Positions 55,931-64,000 of a DNA stretch of 64,000 nt are shown one piece after another (the first letter of the stretch is position 1; each line of letters starts with the position of its first letter). This DNA comes from the human T2T-CHM13v2.0 reference genome, Homo sapiens, in the NCBI RefSeq assembly GCF_009914755.1, contig NC_060936.1; one strand, written 5' to 3'. Made by a program: the position numbers and the translations under genes. The notes under the pieces are model-generated. The model made no database searches and had not been told where the DNA came from. It saw only the letters and a program-made list of their open reading frames with translations.

Positions 55931-57058
55931 CAGCTTCTGAAAACTATTTTGCACAGGTCTCCCCAGTGGGTATCAATGGGGTCACAACTAATACCCCCTG
56001 AGTTTTTCTGCCTGATTATCCCTAACTTGTATAACTCTAGGACTCAACCTCTTCCTCCTTCAATCTCTCCAGTCATTTTGGGGAGTCCCCAGGGGAATAT
56101 CTTTGAGAATGTAGCTTCTTCCCTGATTCTCTCTATCCTCCCTTTGATGCAAGGAGAGTAAGAAAGCCCTTCTCTCTGACTCTGTGTTTCACTCTGCCAC
56201 TAGACCCGAAGGTGAATGGGTCTAGCTCCATTCATGGAATGGGACCCCAAGATAAATGCCCTGAATGTCATCAACTTTTGGTCAGCGTATACCTTCTAGC
56301 TGCTGACTACCCCTGCTCTCTATTAAGGAATGTCTGAGGAATAGTAAGCATACTAATTTCATCTACTTTCCTTTGTGTCTTTCCATAGAAGGCTAGCATC
56401 AACCTCTTCCTTTAGACAGACCAAAACAGCAACAATCATCTGCAGGCTTATCAGCCTGTGCCAATAGATCCCCAGAGTTCAGATTAGCTGGCCCCAAGGA
56501 GCTACTCTTCATCTAGCTCAGCCCAGAGCCCAGTCACATGTGCACATGAAGGAATGGAAGACACAATATTGCAAAAATGGTCAGGCAGGGACCTTATATA
56601 TCAAGCTAAGAAATATAAGCTGTATCCTCTAAGTCAGGGCTTCCCAATAAGTGTTCCATAGAGTGTTGAGATACTACCCTGCCCTCTCAGCCCTTGGGAC
56701 TGCTGGGTGGAACCTGACAGAGGGAGCTCCTAGGCTGGTCACCTCTGGCAGCCAGTGCCCTTGTTTGGTGTAGGAAGGTATTGCCAAGAAGAGTGGGGCC
56801 CAATGAAGCCATGGTATAAAACAATTGGGAAACAATGGGGAGTCATTGAAGGATTTTTAACAGGAAGTAATCCCATCAGCTTTCCATATCGGAAGACAAT
56901 GAAAGGGCAATGCAAAGGCTGGGTTGGAGGAGGTGGGCAATGAACCTGGGACCAGGACCACCAGTCTCACCTAAAATAGCCTAGTGATGAAATGATGAGA
57001 GGGCAAGCTAAGGAGTAGGAAAGAGAGAGGAGGGAGGATCTGGGAAATAAGAAATCTT

Positions 57059-60340
<3,282 letters not shown>

Positions 60341-60390
60341 AGGACCAAGAGTGAGCTGAGGACTCAGTTCTAGAGAGCCTCAACAGTCAG

Positions 60391-60523
60391 TCTCTCTCTC
60401 TCTCTGTGTCTCTATCTGTCTCTCTCTCTCTCTCTCTCTCTCATATCTCTCTCTCTCTCTCTCATATCTCTCTCTCTCTCTCTCATCACTATCTCTATCT
60501 CTTTCTCTATCTAGCTCTCTCTC
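60391..60523. repeat. compound (CT)n microsatellite
   Basis: directly visible polypyrimidine tract with CATA interruptions. Confidence 0.95.
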
Positions 60524-62173
60524 CTACTTCATACTGGACTTTTCTGCTAGGCAGAGAGCAAAGTCACTGCTAGCCCCAGATTAGCCACCCCCATAAAAAA
60601 TCTCTTTTCTCCCACCATCCCTATAACAATTCCTGGAAAGAACTCTGGTTGACTTTGCTAGAATCACATGACCCATGCTTAGACCAAACCTAAGGAGCAC
60701 TTGGGTTGGCCAGACCCATGTCATATGCCCCCATATTGTTGGAAGGAGGGTACAGCCTCTTTATGAGAAGAACAGGGATGGTAAAACTTTCTGGGCAGAT
60801 AAAAATAGTTATCAGGTCACCTACACATCAACACTTTAAAAGGTAGGAGGAGAAAGTGGAGCCAGTAAAGGAGACAGAAAGTTGGTATGTCAGAGTAGAT
60901 TAACAGTTTTTCAGAGGCCAAGATCTTTGTCTTATCCTTATCTGTGTCCTTCATCCCCCCCTATCTAGTATCTAGCCTTGTGCCTATAATCAACAAGTGT
61001 GTATGGAATGAATTCATAGACACTACACATGATAAGTAATGGGGATTTGTAAAAGACATGACAAAGACCAACACTCAGGAATCTAATTTGGGCAATACAC
61101 AAAAGCACATTTTTTAAGTAGCTGGCCACCACTGACATAGATAATAATAGAGTCTCTAAAAAGAGCCAAACTTTTTCATGATTTGGATAAAGGCACCATA
61201 TCCGTTTAAACCAAAACAGTCACAGATGAGGATTTGATTTGGGGAGTGTCTTATGGAAATTAGATGGTGTTGTTTTAAAGAGTGTTCATTTTATTTCTCT
61301 GTTCTAGGGCTGACTGTAATTTCATGCTGCATTTGCAAGCCTGCAGGCAGACACCTTAATTACTATGGATGCCAGATAGAAAGAGGAGTGCTAATCAAAC
61401 CTTTATTAATTGGTGACATACTTCCAACTTTCAGAAACAGATGCTAGGGAGGAATGAATCCTTGTAAACCACAGTACCCACCAACTCCCCTCAGGTGTGG
61501 ATTTTTTTTTTTCTTAAATCAAGTACCTTTTACATCCACTAGGGGGAATCCTAGCGCGCTTCAAAGTCTGCCTTTTTCTATGCTTAGAATGACATACCCA
61601 TGAAAACTTGCTTGTCTATTGATGGGTGTGTCCTCTACTCTGGAGAAGCTCCGAGATCTGGCATGTTGTCATATTTTTCAAACAGAAGAGAAAATATCAT
61701 TCAAGATATGTTAAAGAAAATAAATTGCTCAAATTCTCACTGGAAGAAATCCATCTTAGAGAAAATTTTCCGTGTAAACAGAAGTTTCTACCAGGAAAAA
61801 GAGGGTAATTATTTGTCAGAATCTTTACTTACCAAAAAATAGAAAACACTAAATATGTGCCTTTGCAATTTTAGAGAGCTTAATTTTAAATACCTGTTAG
61901 GCACTAGTGCGATCTTTATGCTCAGTGGAGTTCTTAAAGTATTATTGGCACTCGGTTGATAATTATTATAATTATTATAAGCTTGCCTTACATAATTACA
62001 GTATAAGACTCTCCCCTTTTCAGTATAAAGCCATGTTCAAACAAAGTTTGAAAGGTGCTGTAAATTAACAAATAATTTAAAAGCTATGTTCAGTGGATGC
62101 TCCTCCATGTTATCAATAATATTTTTTGTGGCAAGGAGTTGTTTTTCTCCTTTTATATTCTCTGTCTCTGCAG

Positions 62174-62194
62174 AGATAGTCAATTCATGAATTG
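62174..62194 (+). other. candidate 21-nt micro-exon
   Basis: TTTTTCTCCTTTTATATTCTCTGTCTCTGCAG|AGATAGTCAATTCATGAATTG|GTAAAT. Confidence 0.3.
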
Positions 62195-63442
62195 GTAAAT
62201 ATGCACTGTGGAGATGCCAAGTTATGTCATTGTATGTGGGGCTGTGGGTACCTCAAAGAATGACCCTTGCCCCTAAGGAGTATAGAGCCTTTACATTACA
62301 CTTCAACTGACATTTATTGAACACTGACTCCGTGTAAGGCCCAGTAATCTGCACAAAAATAACACCACTGATCTTGCTCATTGCCATAACCCCAGCCTGC
62401 AACACATGCCTAGCACATGGTAGATTCTCAGGAAGTATCTGTTAAAAGATGGAGTAAGTTAATGAACAGAAAGTTTGAGGAATAAAGGGAATATGGAGAT
62501 AAACTGAATTTAAGACACCATCTCTGATCTCAAAGAAATTATATTAAGTGAAAGAGCTATAAACACAACCAATGCATAGTGTATGATGTGACTCACCAGA
62601 TTTTAATGCTATCAACCTACAGATAAAGTGCTCTTCAAGTTCAGAGCAGGGAATTCATAACCAAAGGGAGGAATTGGCCCCGTTAAACAAATTCAACAGG
62701 TAAGTTTAGTTACACTGCTAGAACAGAGCCTGGCATGAAGGAGACACACTTCACTATTTTGTAATAAATGAATGGGTACTTACTGTATACAAGGCCTAGT
62801 TCCTGGGGGCACAAAGATGAGACAGCACTTAGTTTCTAGTTTTCTTTATTTTTTAAATGGGAGTTTATAGTTTAGTAGAGGCACTCTAGTACAATTTCAA
62901 GGAAGACTCCCAGGAGAAAGTAGCTTTTACACTGGACCTTAGTGGATAAGTGAGAGCTCACAAAGCTGAGAAGATGGAAAGGGTGTTTTAGGTGAAATGT
63001 ACAGCAAATGCAAGGACACAGGGGCTTGAAAGAGCCTGACTCATTTAAAGAAGCATGAAAATCCCACTGCTAACAACAGGAGACAGTACCAAGGATATTC
63101 CTAGCTCTTAGCATAAGGCCCTACGTATGAAAGTCCCCTAATAAATACTTGTTGTTTTTTAACAATAATGATGGTAAGAGTCCAAAGATGAGCACAAGTT
63201 TTAAGTGCTGGACAAGTATGAAGCTGAAAGAGTTATCTGGGCTGGTAGGATCTGGGGCCAGTTTATGGGCAACATCTTTGGACTTTGTGTGCTGAGGCCA
63301 CAGAACCCTCCATACAGCAGGAAGGCCCTTTCCCACCAGCCTGTTACCATGGCCTGTTTTGTTTCATCTACACAGTCTATTTAACAACAAAACCAGAGAA
63401 AAGTGCTCACAGTCACTACCTATTTCTTTGAGGTCCCTCTTT

Positions 63443-63795
<353 letters not shown>

Positions 63796-64000
63796 TGAGT
63801 GCCACTTCTGTGAGTCTCTCCTCAACTAGGTAAAATGTGGTTCCATTAATCATATTTTGTCTTTTGGGTTTTAGTTTTGTCACTCTCATTCACATACAAC
63901 CAGCAATGTTTTTTGAATACCCTTTCATTCGCAATCAAATGATCTCATAATCCTAATACTGTTAACAACACATAGCCTGTTCACAGAGGCTGAAGGTCTA

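Overview
This is primate (very probably human) nuclear genomic DNA, not microbial. It is largely filled by interspersed repeats: about 18 Alu copies (J, S and one Y-like), two L1PA insertions with intact target-site duplications, L1M fragments, many MIR and L2 relics, solo LTRs (THE1D, MST, MLT1, MLT2, LTR16, LTR47, MER50) and DNA-transposon relics (MER82, MER2, Tigger2, Tigger3a, Charlie1, Charlie4, MER1B, MER3, MER5, MER53, MER91-like). I cannot support any host protein-coding CDS. The ORF track consists of chance ORFs, Alu read-throughs and broken L1 ORF2 pieces. One CpG-island-like region (~28.6-29.8 kb) with CTCF-like motifs and splice donors is a plausible promoter. Two + strand exon candidates lie in unique DNA: 53013-53198 (closed in all frames) and a 21-nt micro-exon at 62174-62194. 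Together these hint at a spliced lncRNA or a 5'-UTR, but I cannot name the gene. The most notable unexplained structure is an ungapped 196-bp inverted repeat (190/196 identical, 445-bp spacer) at 49554-50390. Next to it are a head-to-head Alu pair and an irregular five-copy GGATCC repeat. I see no evidence of a new multi-gene system. Repeat family names come from my recollection of consensus sequences, and boundaries are approximate unless a TSD is quoted.
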